From NCBI RefSeq assembly GCF_006345805.1, contig NC_043001.1, positions 117,676,001 through 117,740,000 of the forward strand: a DNA stretch of 64,000 nucleotides, given 5' to 3'. Source of the DNA: Octopus sinensis. Taxonomy: Eukaryota. Shown here piece after piece: positions 22,920 through 37,078 of this stretch (within the stretch, counting starts at the first letter, position 1; each line of letters starts with the position of its first letter). The position numbers and the translations under genes were made by a program. The notes under the pieces are model-generated. The model had not been told where the DNA came from and did no database searches. It saw only the letters and a program-made list of their open reading frames with translations.

Positions 22920-25140
22920 CATAATAAAACAATAGCCCACAATGCGTTCGCAGTGCCAGTACTCATACCAACATTTGAACTGCTTGATTGGACGCTTGAT
23001 GAGATCCGAGCCATTGATGTGGAAACCCGGAAAATACTAACAAACACACTATTTCCACATAAACAGTGAAATAGACCGCCTCTACCTAAAACGAAAACAT
23101 GGCGGCAGAGGCTTAACATCAATCGAAAATGCCTTTGAATGTCGTATCATATCACTTCGACAACATCTTTTGACAACCAAGTGTCGAAGTGCATCCCTTG
23201 ACCAAGTTTGCCATAAGACTTGGAAGACAGCTCCTTGAGCAACATTCTTTGTCTGATAACCTTAAATATATGCTCAAAGAAGTCGCACCACCCTACCGCA
23301 ACGTATCATCGGATAAAAGGATGAGCATATATAAACATACATGGATATGTTAGTAGAAAGCACAGAGATGATAGTAACATAGATCACCAAAGAAGTCTAT
23401 CATGGAGCAACAACTGGATTACCACCTCCCACTTCGTTTGCAGTCCTGGAACAGGAAATATCAACCAAATACCAGATGCGCAAAAGGAACAGAGATACCG
23501 GAAAAGTAATGAAACGTGACAGGTGATGCAGACTTTGTCGAGTTAAGACCGCAGATATCACCCACATAATAAACAGTTGTCCAAAAATGTCATCTTGGTA
23601 TTATCTACCGATAAGACATAATGTTGTAGCAAAGACACTGTATAACGAGATCTGCCGAAAGGATAACCCCGAGGAGAAAGAAGTAAGAACCACAATATGG
23701 TGGAAACCATAGCCATAATAAAAAGATGTACTGGTGGAATGTCCCAGCGAAAATCTCAATAAAATGTAAACACAATAGACCTGATATAATGATTTAGGAT
23801 GGAGAAGAGAAACCGTGAAACTGTGCACAGTTGTAGAAATCCGCTGCCCTGCGGATTTTAACATAAAGCTGAAGATCAGTGAAAAAGAGAATACCTACGC
23901 AGAACTATTGAGAAATCTGCAGTTACTCAATCCAGACAACATGTTCAAGTTTATACTTGTAATTATTGGAGCACTGGGATGTGTAACACAGTGCCTAAAT
24001 ACCAATCTTAAGAAATTAGACTTCTCAAAACAAGACAGGAGAAAACTGATTCGAAAACTACAGATCCAATCCATCACCGGAACTGTAATAATCTGTAAAA
24101 CTTTCCAGAAGTTTATCATTTAAGTATGCATGAGCATGCTACATATACAAGTATATGCATGAGAATACATACATAAAGCATACAAATCTGCACATACATA
24201 CATACATACATACATACATACATACATACATACATACATACATACATACATACATACATGTATGCATGCATGCATGCATACATACATACATACATGCATG
24301 CATGCATGCATACATACATACATACATACATACATACATACATACATACATACATACATACATACATGCATACATACATACATACATACATACATACATA
24401 CATACATACATACATACATGTATGCATGCATGCATACATACATACATACATGCATGCATGCATACATACATACATACATACATACATACATACATGCATA
24501 CATACACACGCGCACCCACCCACACACATACATATCATTTAAGTATCTATGAGTATGTATAGATATACAAGTATATGCATGAGAAGACATACATAAAACA
24601 AAAGATACAAATCTGCACGTATACATACACAGGTACATACATACATACCGTTCGTACATAAATACATACATGCGTACGTACATACATACCTTTATACGTA
24701 CGTACGTACATATGTATGTACGTACATACATAAATAAAGCATACATACAAACATACATACGTAATACCTACATGCATACATACGTACATAGATACATGAT
24801 TACATACATGCATGCATACATATATACATACGTACGTACATACAAAGATGCATACATGCACACATACATGTTTACATGCATGCATACATACATAAATACA
24901 TTCATCTCTGCATGCATACACACACACACACTCACACACACATACATACATACATATATACATAAATACATGCATACATACATACATACATACATACATA
25001 CATACATACATACATACATACATACAAAAATACCCTGTTGTTGATGTTGAAATTCCAATGAAGGAGCCTTGGATCTAGATTATAAACTGGTTCTTTGTCT
25101 ATTGGTAAGAAATCTTGAAATACACTGAATAATGATATAC
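22920..25140 (+). mobile_element. 5'-truncated R4/Dong-like RLE LINE (coding remnant 22920-24123, microsatellite-rich 3' UTR)
   Basis: [41 protein letters not shown] knuckle CRLCRVKTADITHIINSC, RPDIMI...VEIRCPAD endonuclease motif, IIIGALG; in-frame stops and frameshifts. Confidence 0.88.
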
Positions 25141-25337
25141 ATACCGAAAAGAAGAAAGAGAAGGAAAAGAGACAAACAGGCAGAAGAGGAAGTAAATATT
25201 TTTGTTCCAATGTTGTAAAAAGTCATTTCTTTTAAAAAGAAGTAAATTCTAATTTTGAGAAATGCTAACTTTATAAGTTAACTTACACGATTGTGTTGAA
25301 AATGTGTGTTCATCAGTGTTCATACATTCATACATAC

Positions 25338-25389
<52 letters not shown>

Positions 25390-28300
25390 CGGAGACAGAA
25401 AGACAATATATTGTCCCTATTCGTGTATATGCACTGGTGTGTCCGTGTATACGCGTGCCTCAGTACACACACAGAGAAAGACAGACAGATAAAGTGAGAA
25501 ACGAAGAGAGAGAGCAAGCTTATACTGTTGTTCACTCAGTTTTACACAATCGCCTGGCACTTTCGGTGCCTTTAGTGGTTTCCACTCAACAGCAAATATT
25601 CCAGGCCAGCTCTCCAGTTTGACGATACTTTCCTTCCTCTTTCCTACACTTTCGAAGGACTTGTTAAATGTCATAGACACTGCCTTTTCCCTTGATTCAA
25701 AAGTAAAATGTTTGTGTGTGTGTGTGTGTGTGTGCATGCGTGTCTGCGTGTATACGCGTGTGCCTTAATGTATACAGAGAAAGAAAGAGAAAGGAGCAGA
25801 CAGAATAGAGATTCAAATTATTGTTCCAATCTTGTAATAAGACTCTTCTTTTAAAAGCAGAAACTTCTTATTTTTCAGAGTGGAAGCATCATGTCTTTAA
25901 ACGATAGTGTTGAGAAATATGTGTGAATCTGAGTGCACGCATATATCCTTACATGCAGAGGGAGAGAGGAGTGTGTTGCTACAGATAGACAAAATTCACA
26001 ATCATTATAATTATTCGGCAGCATAGCCGAATGGTGAAGAAATTTGCTATGCAACCATTAGGTATCTTGAGAAGTATAACTTTTCATAGCCTTAGAGTGA
26101 TCTTCCTGGCAGGTGAAACTGGTTCGACGGAAACCGTGTGGGGTGGATTGCACAAGTAATTCAAAAACGATACAGCCTTGACATACACTATGTCACGCTG
26201 ATCATGCTCGAGAATCACGTAAAACACAACGTATCTGTAGAATGTTCAGCTATTTATACATTAATTTTGGAACAGGTAATTCACTTAATCAAACAGGTGA
26301 ACCCTCATCGCCGAACGACGGATATTCACCACCACCATCATATGTACTCACATACATATACATATCTCTGTTTGTATGTGTTTCTTGAAGCTTGGTTATA
26401 TATGCAACTTTAGCAGTCCTAGAAAAAGTATTACAATATTTACCACGATTAGATTCTATTCGATCCGTAACTTTCTCTCATGAATCGCATTTACAATAAT
26501 ATCACCATAGTGACTATTTATTCCTTCATCTTCAATACATGTCTTACATCACACCAACATACATACACAGATACATAGACAGAGAGTCATATCCACATCA
26601 TCAAGACTATTTACATCATTTTAACAATCACTAATGACAGCTAGAATTGAAATCATCATGACACTGACAACCGTCGCAAATAAAAAAAGCACTTATTACT
26701 TCATAGTCATCTTCATCACTACTAACAATATTAAACAAGACTTCAGCAATAACATGACCACAATAACAGTTGGATAAAATCAATAAATTACTAAGGCATG
26801 AACGTTTACAAAGCAGGATTGAGATTGCAACGCGACTCGGTCATACGTCGCATAAGTAATTCCACTCATAATGATTTCTTCTGAATGGCCACAAGGATAG
26901 TTGTACTCATTCAGAAGTTAATATAGTTGATTGAACAAATCTGTATCTTACAATCATTTATTTTATCAACTTGTAGTAGGATTTGAACTCTAAAATAATA
27001 ACCAATGATGTAAAGGCTATTGATAGGTGATCTACAATTTGCTGTATGCGTTACTTCAACGCCCCAGCTGCAGGGTTAATCCCTTTAGGCTGGAAATGAG
27101 GTATTTCATAAGAAGAATATGCTTAGTTCATTAAATAGGATCTATTAACGGACTGGGATTTACTTATTTATCGACAAAGATTTACATTCAGAAACGAAAC
27201 GCAAGTTATTTCCTTCGAAGTAAGTTCCAAAACTAGTTAGAATCAAAATTACAATCGTAACATCTACTAAAAAAGATAACAAATATACTGCTGCAAACAA
27301 CTACAAGATTAGAGAACCAAAGTGGAAGACTTTACATGACCCAGATATCCATCAAATTACGCCCGGCCGTCTTCAAAGGAAATGCACACATTGAATAATA
27401 TAATCCTAGATATTCAATGTATTTAAAGAAAGATGAGATAGTTGTAAGTGAAACGCTTTTGATCATAAGTCTATCCTCAGTTAGAGTTGACTTGAGGCAA
27501 AACATCACCAAAAACAATATCAAGATTTGTGACCTCACATATTCTATGGCAATATATCCAACTGAAATAGATCGACAAATAAAAAAAAAAACATTGTAAT
27601 TTAATCATGAACACTTGTTGAGTATGATTAGGGAGATAATCTATTCGCAATACAGTGCTTAACTTGAATTACATTGAGATAAAACTTAAAGAAGATTAAC
27701 CTCACATTGTTTTAAATCTGAAGTTGACTTCATAAGTTTTCGAGCTTTTATGGGTTTTTTTTTATTACTTTCTTCTTTATTATTTTTTGTTCATTCCATA
27801 ATCTGCAGGTCAGAGATATAATATTACAAGGTCACGATCGAATCTACAAGTGTCAGGTTAATACAGAATCTACAAGTTGTAAAGCCGGTGGTCGATATAA
27901 ATGTTACAGGTTGCAGATTACAACAGGTTTTTCATTTTCTTTCCTGTCTGTTTTATATAGGTCTGACCACCAGAATACTTTCCTGGCAAATTTCTCAACA
28001 AAAGATTTTAAACCTTAATCCAGCATTGAGATGTCTTTAATTGTCTCGTCTACTCATTCAAATTCTGTGGGTAAAAATGAATCCCACACAGACTACTCAA
28101 GAATTTTAGACAAATAGATTTTTGATACCCAATAGCTGCATTATTTCTTCTTTTAATTCCTCCATTAGATGTCCATGTTCAGAATTTCGAATTTTCTTTA
28201 TCATTTAAACCTGAAATCATGTTTCAACAGGTGTATTTTCAACCTTTAATAATGTGGTAATAAATAGTCACGTTCAGCTCATTCTTAATTTCTAACTTCA

Positions 28301-29119
28301 CACTTTTTTCAAATTACTTAGTTGTAAGAAAAGAAGTAGTGAATATAGATCAGGCAGTCCATCCGATGGATGCAATAGTCAATACAGTTGATGTTCAGCA
28401 TGAATATCTAAAAGCCAGTGTTCGTAAGGAAGCGTGGAAAAGGTGTTGCCGATGTTACAAATCTGAGAAGGAAAGAATCTATGTCGTTTAGAAGCTAAAT
28501 CACGGTAGTTATAAGAGGAGAGAAGATAGAAAAATTTAGTGACTTCGAGTGTTAAACAGTCGTGGTATCGGCGCACTTTTAGGTATGTAGTCATATCTGC
28601 CTGATGCGTTGTAATTACATAGGACAGTAAGTTTATCTTGGTTTAACTCAGACCGTGACTTTCTCAAAGTCTTTTTGTTTTTTGATTTTTGCGAGCGTAA
28701 GCACTTATGATGGTGGAGTCTGCTAGTAAATAGATAAAATGGAGCGATGGAGCTAGTATAAGAAGTGGAAGCATCTTACAGAGAATTTTGTTTTCATCCG
28801 CTTCCAATTCCAGGACAAAATTCTACTTTGGATTTAACTAAATACACAAACTGAAAACTAAATCACGAAAATATTTTAAAAGATAAATATTTTAAAAGAA
28901 TTTTGTAAAAACACCATTTTATGTTCATTTTGTATTATAGCGTATGATGTAAAAAGCCAACTATTTGGCTGGTACTATGGAAATATAAGAATTCGTCAGC
29001 CAATACTTTTGACATTCTTTGGGAAAAAAATCATTGGTGTCACAATTCTTGCTATACACTTTACATCATGTATGCCATGTAAATGTCTCCAAAAGAAATA
29101 CATATTCGAAGCAATATTC

Positions 29120-29322
<203 letters not shown>

Positions 29323-29584
29323 ATGATGAATATGATGATAAACATAATATAACTGCGATGATGAATTCTTTTCATTTAAATGCATAATTATTTCTTATGG
29401 TTGCCTACAACATTTATATTATAAATATGAACTTGCTCATTAATATTATAAATTTGAATTTCCTCGTTAATATCAACACCAAATTCATCATTACCCTACC
29501 GCCATCATCCAAACTTATATCATCGTCATCGAAAAGAAATTTTATGACATTGCCCTTCATTTATACTTCAACAATAGTTTGATG

Positions 29585-29795
29585 ATTTTCTTCTTCTTCT
29601 TTTTCTTCTTCGTCTTCTTCTTCTTCTTCTTCTTTTTCTTCTTCTTCTTCTTCTTCTTCTTCTTCTTCTTCTTCTCCTCCTCCTCCTCCTCCTTCTTCTT
29701 CTTCTTCTTCTTCTTCTTCTTCTTCTTCTTCTTCTTCTCTTCTTCTTCTTCTTCTTCTTCTTCTTCTTCTTCTTCTTCTTCTTCTTCTTCTTCTC
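29585..29795. repeat. (TTC)n microsatellite
   Basis: Directly visible. Confidence 0.95.
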
Positions 29796-30240
29796 CTACC
29801 TCTTCCGCCTTTTTTTTTTGTATATATTTTTTACAACAGAAATTAAGATAAGCTTTGCGATCCCGATTCTGATGACACTGACGTTAATATTGTCTATCAG
29901 TCGGGTCACAGTGACACACAAGCAGTATCAACCATATCGATCGCGTCCTAAAATGATCATCTTTTGATCTCCATCACATATCCACATGCCCGTGTTATGT
30001 CAACGTTTATCATTTATTCAGCACTTTTCGCCCACTCTCCACTCTCAACAACTCTCCGTATACTTCCTCATAATACCTATAAAATCATGCTTGATAATTA
30101 AATCGACGTTGTTTGCGCTTCATTTCATCTTCTGAACACTTATAATTTACTTTTGTGTTTGTTTTTGTGTGGACATATTTCAATGTTTTCATCTTCATGT
30201 GATTATGAGAGCGTGCACCGAATTAGGACGTTTAAATGCA

Positions 30241-30344
<104 letters not shown>

Positions 30345-31421
30345 TGATATATATTGATATGGCTATACATCACAAGCGTGCCACGTGAGTGGGTGTCCAT
30401 GTCCAAATTTATGTTCGTGTATGCAAGTGTGTATTTATGCTTATCAATATGTTTGTGCATATATGTGTTTATGTTCGAATATCCATTTCTGTGCGTTTAT
30501 TTGCATGCGTTGTCTGCTTTTTGTAATTAGTTATCATCTTTTCTGTCCTCTAATCTGAACTTCCAATCCCTCTCAGTCGTTTCTATCATCCACCACATGT
30601 CCTCGGAGGAGACAGACTTTTACTGGTTAATCATTTTGAACAGACTGGCAGGTTTTTCTCAGATTTTCAAACGAGTCAGAAATTACCTCGATAATAATGA
30701 TTAGTCGACAGTTATCCTGCTTGTCATATTATTGTTAGTAGAAACTTTAAATGATATCGGAAGATAATGAAATGTATTGGAAGATTTGCTGATAACAAAC
30801 CTGCAACTCAAATTCCATTGATATTATTGATGCTGTTTAATTGGATATTTATGCCTAACTTTATAATATATATATATATATATATACACATATATATACA
30901 CATATATATTTTCTACTAAAGCAGACTTTTTAAAGTACTACACGATACACACTCGATTCAACATAGGATATTCTACTTGGTCACTCGACCTACTAGAAAG
31001 GACAGCCAGATCTCTTCCAAACCACACAATGCTCTACAAAGTAAGAAACATACTTTAGGTGCTATATCTGATAAACAAACTCGAGATGGTCACGGCTACT
31101 ACACTTTAGTCATAGGACTGCTGGGTCACAGTTAACATGCGATCTAATCAACAGCAACTTGAGACACTTAAAGTGGTGTTTACAATACAGACGGTTAAAG
31201 CCTGAATTTGCTGAAGAATGTGGGAAATGCTTCATGCAGAATTTCGGTTTTAATTGTCGGTAAACAGATATCTCATGATTTATAAATCTCATCGAAAAAA
31301 TAAAAGAATTTCAAATTGATGTACATAGTTAATGGATTTTGCGGCTGCTGTTACTTAGCTTCAGGTCAAACATGATCGAACAGTACATACACACACACGC
31401 ACACGCACACACACACACACA

Positions 31422-31460
<39 letters not shown>

Positions 31461-31556
31461 ATATATATATATATATATAATATATATATATATACTGACA
31501 CATATACAAATACAAAAATGTAAAGTTCATAAAACTATAAATAGACAATATATATA

Positions 31557-31591
<35 letters not shown>

Positions 31592-31597
31592 CCATCG

Positions 31598-31852
31598 TAG
31601 CACTCCGTCGGTTACGACGACGAGGGTTCCAGTTGATCCAATCAACGGAACAACCTGCTTGTGAAATTAACGTGTAAGTGACTGAGCACTCCACAGACAT
31701 CTGTACCCTTATTGTAGCTCTCGAGGAGATCCAGCGTGAAACAGAGTGTGACAAAGCTGGCACTTATACAGGTACAACAGAAACAGGAAGAGAGAGAGAA
31801 AGTTGTGGTGAAATAGTACAGTAGGGTTCACTACCACCTCCTACCGGAGCTA
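31598..31852 (-). mobile_element. SINE family C, 3' two-thirds
   Basis: Reverse complement of about 34505-34762. Confidence 0.85.
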
Positions 31853-31980
31853 CATATCATAAAGCCAATATCATCATCAGAGATATCCAGGCTACAGTGG
31901 AGAAGCAAGCCACTGGATTTGATTAAAAAGGGACGATGAGGAATGGTCAAAAAATTGAGTGTAGTCTAATAGCCACTTGA

Positions 31981-32108
31981 ACTAGCAAGTTGAGAGGAAT
32001 GCCTCGAAGCAGCATGCATGCCCTCCTGATGACCCCCTAAGTCTGCTAGTGTTCAGTATGCAAAGCTTTGATGTGGTAGCACTTGCATCTGCAAGTTCTT
32101 TTGGACAT
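31981..32108. repeat. Dispersed structured repeat, copy 1 (homologous to 38508-38680)
   Basis: Shared CTAGCAAG, CTCCTGATGACCCC and TGGTAGCACTTGCAT.TGCAAGTT...GACAT. Confidence 0.7.
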
Positions 32109-32133
32109 ATATATATATATATCCACAGGATAA

Positions 32134-32168
<35 letters not shown>

Positions 32169-33019
32169 ATATATATCCACAGGATAAAGGGTGGATATAA
32201 GAGGAATCCAGGTAAGGAAGCCGTATTTATCCATTGCTTATTCATTTCCATTACTGGTTGATAAACTACAGCTGACAACATTATGAAGTAAATCTGATCC
32301 CCCAGAAACAGTTGTCGGATTTGTAACACTATAGCTTCTCCCCATTAATTTTCTGTGTCTTTGTACTCTGAGTAAGTTTGCTCTGTTAATATATAAATGT
32401 CAATATACATCGTCTCAAAATTTTTGAAGCCTGGTACTTATTCTATCGGGTACTTTTACCGAACTGCTAAGTTACAGTCCAAAGGCTCTGTGTGTGTGTG
32501 TATGTGCGTGCGCGTGTGTGAGTATACTAGCAACGTTGTGTCGTCAATAATGCTGTCAGTTTTATTAATGGTAGTAAATGACACACCAAAATACCGGGAG
32601 AGACAAATTGCTAAATATCAGCAATACAGTAAATATATGTACAAATACAGAACTGAAGCACTTGAACAATCAGAAACGGTTGTAACGTCTCGGTTGAAAA
32701 TATTATCGTCCCTGACCTATTTTCACTTAATATTTAACCAAGCCCAGACATGTTTACACGGACGATTGAAAAAAAAGAACACCTCTTGCACGACAGTAGT
32801 GCGTACTTACTACTATTGTCCAATAGCAAGACAAGGAGATAGGAAAAACAAATACATACACATACATATAAAAATAAAAATTGATGGGAAAATATACATA
32901 CATACCGACTGTTACTCATTACATTTATTTCTGTTCGAGAAATTTATTTTAAAACAAATGATACTCAGGGACCTGCTGGAGTTAGCAGCATCATACATAC
33001 ACATATGTACGTACGTATA

Positions 33020-35200
33020 TTGTTGCAGCAAACTTTCCCGAATTTACCAAAAAGCACCAACAAAGCTGATTTGATGGAAACGATGCCACTTTCACAACAT
33101 TCGTCAACTAGAAAAGATAAATTCGACTTAATTCAAACAAGAAACCGCATTCGATTGCCAAAAAAGATAGAAGACAAAGCTATCAAATCCAATGTTCAAA
33201 CCAGAAGCAGCAACATCGAAAATGGTTGGTGGATTTCTAAAGAAGCAGAGATATAATGTCATTCTTATTATTCTACCACCATTGACTGATTGCATAATTT
33301 CCCTTTCATCTTGAGCTTCATTGTCCTCCAGCTCACATTGAAACCCCTATTAATAAAATAAAGAATAACAAATCTTCAGGGCTAGACAACATTACTGCTG
33401 AAAATTTCAGGAAAGGTAGACAATTACTGATTATCTGAACACATCTGGGAGAGACATCAAAGATTCCCTGATCGTGACAACTTTCAAGAAAAGTAATTGA
33501 GCGGCCTTTGACAAGTATAGCAGAATTTGGCTTCTTTCGATTGCTGGAAAAAATCTAGGCAGAATCATATTGGAATGTTTCTTGCTAATAACCAGCCAAT
33601 ATGTATTCCATTGGTCATAAAATAGATTTTGTCCTGGACGTGATACGCTGCACGTGATTTTTGTCATCCGTAAATTGCAAGAAAAATCCAGAGCATAACA
33701 GAACACCACGCCTTTAGTTCTACGACTTGCCCATATTTTTTGACAGCATATACCGTACGGCACCGTGGAAAAAACTTCAGAAACGTGACACTCCATCAGA
33801 ATTCTTTGCCGTCACCCATTCTCTTCAGGACAGTATGGAGAGTTCAGTGCTATCAAAGGAATTAGTATTATCATCATTTAGGGTCAAAACTGATTTGAAG
33901 TAAGCTGACGTTCATGCACTATTCTTTTTCTCACTATACCTGTGTTAATCATATAGTTGCTGTTAATGAAAACGTGATTTCTTCATCGGTAGAACTAAGA
34001 ACCAGCAACGAAGCAGGTGTCTTTAATCGAAACCGCTTATTGTCAAAGATTAATACATCAACCAACAGCATTTCAGAAATACGTAATGAGGCCAGCAGGG
34101 CTGTATCCATTCATAACCAGATCCATATCCAACAAATAAGTAATTCTTGGGTTTCAGCATATGACGTTACAGACTAACAGTTAACAACAAGACTCACAAC
34201 CGGCACCAGCTTTCTCCAAAGTTCATTCATAAAAACATTGAAATAATCATCAATAACAATCCGATTGAACGGCTCTCCTGCTTTCCTTACCTTGGTTCCA
34301 ATTATCTTCAAATGCAACCATAGGCAATGAGATCAACAACAGGATATGTGAATATGTGCGTATGGAAAACTTTATTAGTCTTATGTGGAGGCGCAATGGC
34401 CCAGTGGTTAGGGCAGCGGACTCGCGGTCATAGGATCGCGGTTTCGATTCCCGGACCGGGCGTTGTGAGTGTTTATTGAGCGAAAACACCTAAAGCTCCA
34501 CGAGGCTCCGGCAGGGATGGTGGTGATCCCTGCTGTACTCTTTCACCACAACTTTCTCTCACTCTTACTTCCTGTTTCTGTTGTACCTGTATTTCAAGGG
34601 GCCGGCCTTGTCACTCTCTGTGTCACGCTGAATATCCCCGAGAACTGCGTTAAGGGTGCACGTGTCTGTGGAGTGCTCAGCCACTTACACGTTAATTTCA
34701 CGAGCAGGCTGTTCCGTTGATTCGGATCAACTGGAACCCTCATCGTCGTAACCGACGGAGTGCTTCCATCCACTCCACTCTATTAGTCTTATGAACTACA
34801 GACTCGAAACAAGTTCCAAGCTGTCCGTAACAGATCAGGAGTTATTCTTTTGAGACAAGAACTCTTTAATGACAACACATCAAACGGCTTGAATCAATCA
34901 AATCTATGCTCACTTGATGGTATTAACTGGAAACAAAAGAATACCAAGACCTATACCTCAAGACAAGTATAAAAGATCGAGACGAGGATCATCAGCCATC
35001 AGCTGCTCAGGTTTAGCTATGTTCAAAAGATGTACAATGAACGGCTATTGAAGATCTCAGGCTTAGAGATGTTTTGAAGCAGCAAAAGTTTTAAACGAAT
35101 CTGGATCTTCACCGTCACACTTAAAGCCCATGTTCCAAGGCGAAATATAAGTAATTGAAGTGAATAGGTTAAATTTATCGGATCGAGAAACTAAACAATG
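33020..35200 (+). mobile_element. Heavily decayed RTE-clade LINE (RT region) interrupted by a SINE
   Basis: KSSGLDNITAE, KDSLIVTTFKK, IWLLSIAGKNLGRII, VIFVIRKLQEK, FYDL...FDSI.R..PWKKL, FPYLGS, HIKRLE follow the RTE RT motif order. Confidence 0.8.
34386..34780 (+). mobile_element. Full-length tRNA-derived SINE family C with 13-bp TSD
   Basis: A box TGGCCCAGTGG, B box GTTTCGATTCC; TSD TATTAGTCTTATG at 34373-34385 and 34781-34793. Confidence 0.95.
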
Positions 35201-37078
35201 ATATGCATACGTATATGTAATATACATAATGTATGTATGTATGTATGTATGTATGTATGTATGTATGTATGTATGTATGTATGTATAGTAAAAAATATCA
35301 ATAGACGAAGCACTTTTTAAGAAATGCTTCACAATATTTTTTTAGTTAATTTTATTTGGCTACATATGATCGAATACATGCGTCAGAATGAATCTATCCG
35401 CGTTTATGGATGATTTGGTTATGTATATGTGTATGTAAAAGGCTGTATGTGTGTATAGAATGTATGCAAGTGTATGTGTATTTGTTAAAATGTGTCTGAA
35501 AGCCTGTGATCAGTTCTGTACCATGATACATGTACACGGAAAATCTTTTTTGACGACTTTCTTCTTGCTGAACCTGTTGAGTGACTGGATAATAACAAGT
35601 CAAAAGTACTTAGAGGGCTTTAAACGCTGTTAATGATTGTCTTGTTAATAAAAAAATCGGATTACAGAAAATGCTTGTATTTAAAAAAAAAATTAAGCAT
35701 TTGGCTGAAAGCAATGTCAACATAACTGAACAAATCATTTTACGACTGCGTGAACAGAGACAGAATAATTGCATTCATTTCTCAATCCTTTTTATGATGC
35801 AATCAAGTAGTCATGGATACTTATACAAAGCTCACTCAAGTGTGTGCTGCGTGTATGTGCGTGTGTGTGTGCGTGCGTGCGTGCGTGCGTGTGTGTGTAT
35901 TACTGTCAGATTATTTTTAAGTACTTGACCTTCGTTCATTATTGTACATGATAGCACAGAATTATGAATGGCATCATTTATCACCTAACCAATACATTTA
36001 TTTATATGAATTTCGTATTCGGCTCTCAAATCAATGATAAAAAAGTGAACTTTTTCCCTTCAATAGTTTCCAACATACCAGAACCAGCACTCAGACAATC
36101 ACTCGAGCCAACAGGACAAAATCTATGGTACCTAATATTTCAGTGCTCGGATATATATTGCAACTGAGAAATAGTGGAAGTGATGCACGTGTAGAGGCAT
36201 AATAATATACAAAGCATTTGAGATATTTTTAAAACCGTGAAGTGTAATTTCAAAAACTTCGTCAACGTTACCTTCAACTGTAAAAAATGAAGAGAGTACT
36301 TTGTATTATAATTAGTCAAACATACCGCATTGTTTAACTATCAATTTCTATCAGAACATTAAATCCCGTATTTCTGCATGCGCTATACTCTCTAGATTTT
36401 TTACCTTGTGACTTGTTTTTATTCACATGAATTAAGCGGACATTTAAAGGTCATCGCTCTACTGACATTTAAGGTAGACATCAAGTAACTCTGAGAGAAC
36501 AACTGTGCAGCATTCCATAGCCACCTCAGCAACTTTATGAAACACTGGCAACGTTACAATTGAGAAGAAAACTAGAAGTGCTCAATTAGCAATACTGTCT
36601 AAACAGATTACATCACTCTCCGAAAAATAGGAATTGTTGAATTTCTTCGACGCACACTTACTAATCCTTGGGATATAAAATTGATATTTTTGGAATGGCT
36701 TTACTTACTAACCTCCAGGAAAAGCACGAACATCCTCATTTCTTGTTTCTTTCTCTGTTATTTATATATTCACGACTACTTATCGTTAATACTTTATACT
36801 GCCATAAATTAATGGAATTTTCTTATTAACTTCAAACTCCGTAACTCACAATGGGATGTGTGCAAAGTCGCTCGATCAATTGGAATTAGTAGCTATATTT
36901 CCCTCAAATTACTCCTTACCATCTTAAAATGGACACAGTGTGTAATGTGAAAATGGTGCACCATAAATGAAAAATAAAAATAAAAAAATACAAACGCTGG
37001 AATGCATTTTGATTGATCAGAGCCAAACTGGGGGAAAAAAAACAACAGCAATATATACACAGATTTAAATCCTTGTTA

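Noticed and set aside
27280-27600. Possible APE endonuclease remnant (FDHK)
   Set aside because: One short motif in a stop-rich region is insufficient.
32397-33256. 225-aa and 83-aa ORFs as a host gene
   Set aside because: Chance fusion of a SINE fragment, a TG repeat and RTE linker sequence; no domain.
34386-34460. tRNA gene
   Set aside because: Has A and B boxes but no proper acceptor stem, and continues into a repeated SINE body with a TSD.
35960-36260. Possible third GIY-YIG remnant (QNLWYLIFQC)
   Set aside because: Only a partial motif; the YIG and catalytic Arg/His cannot be read without assuming several indels.
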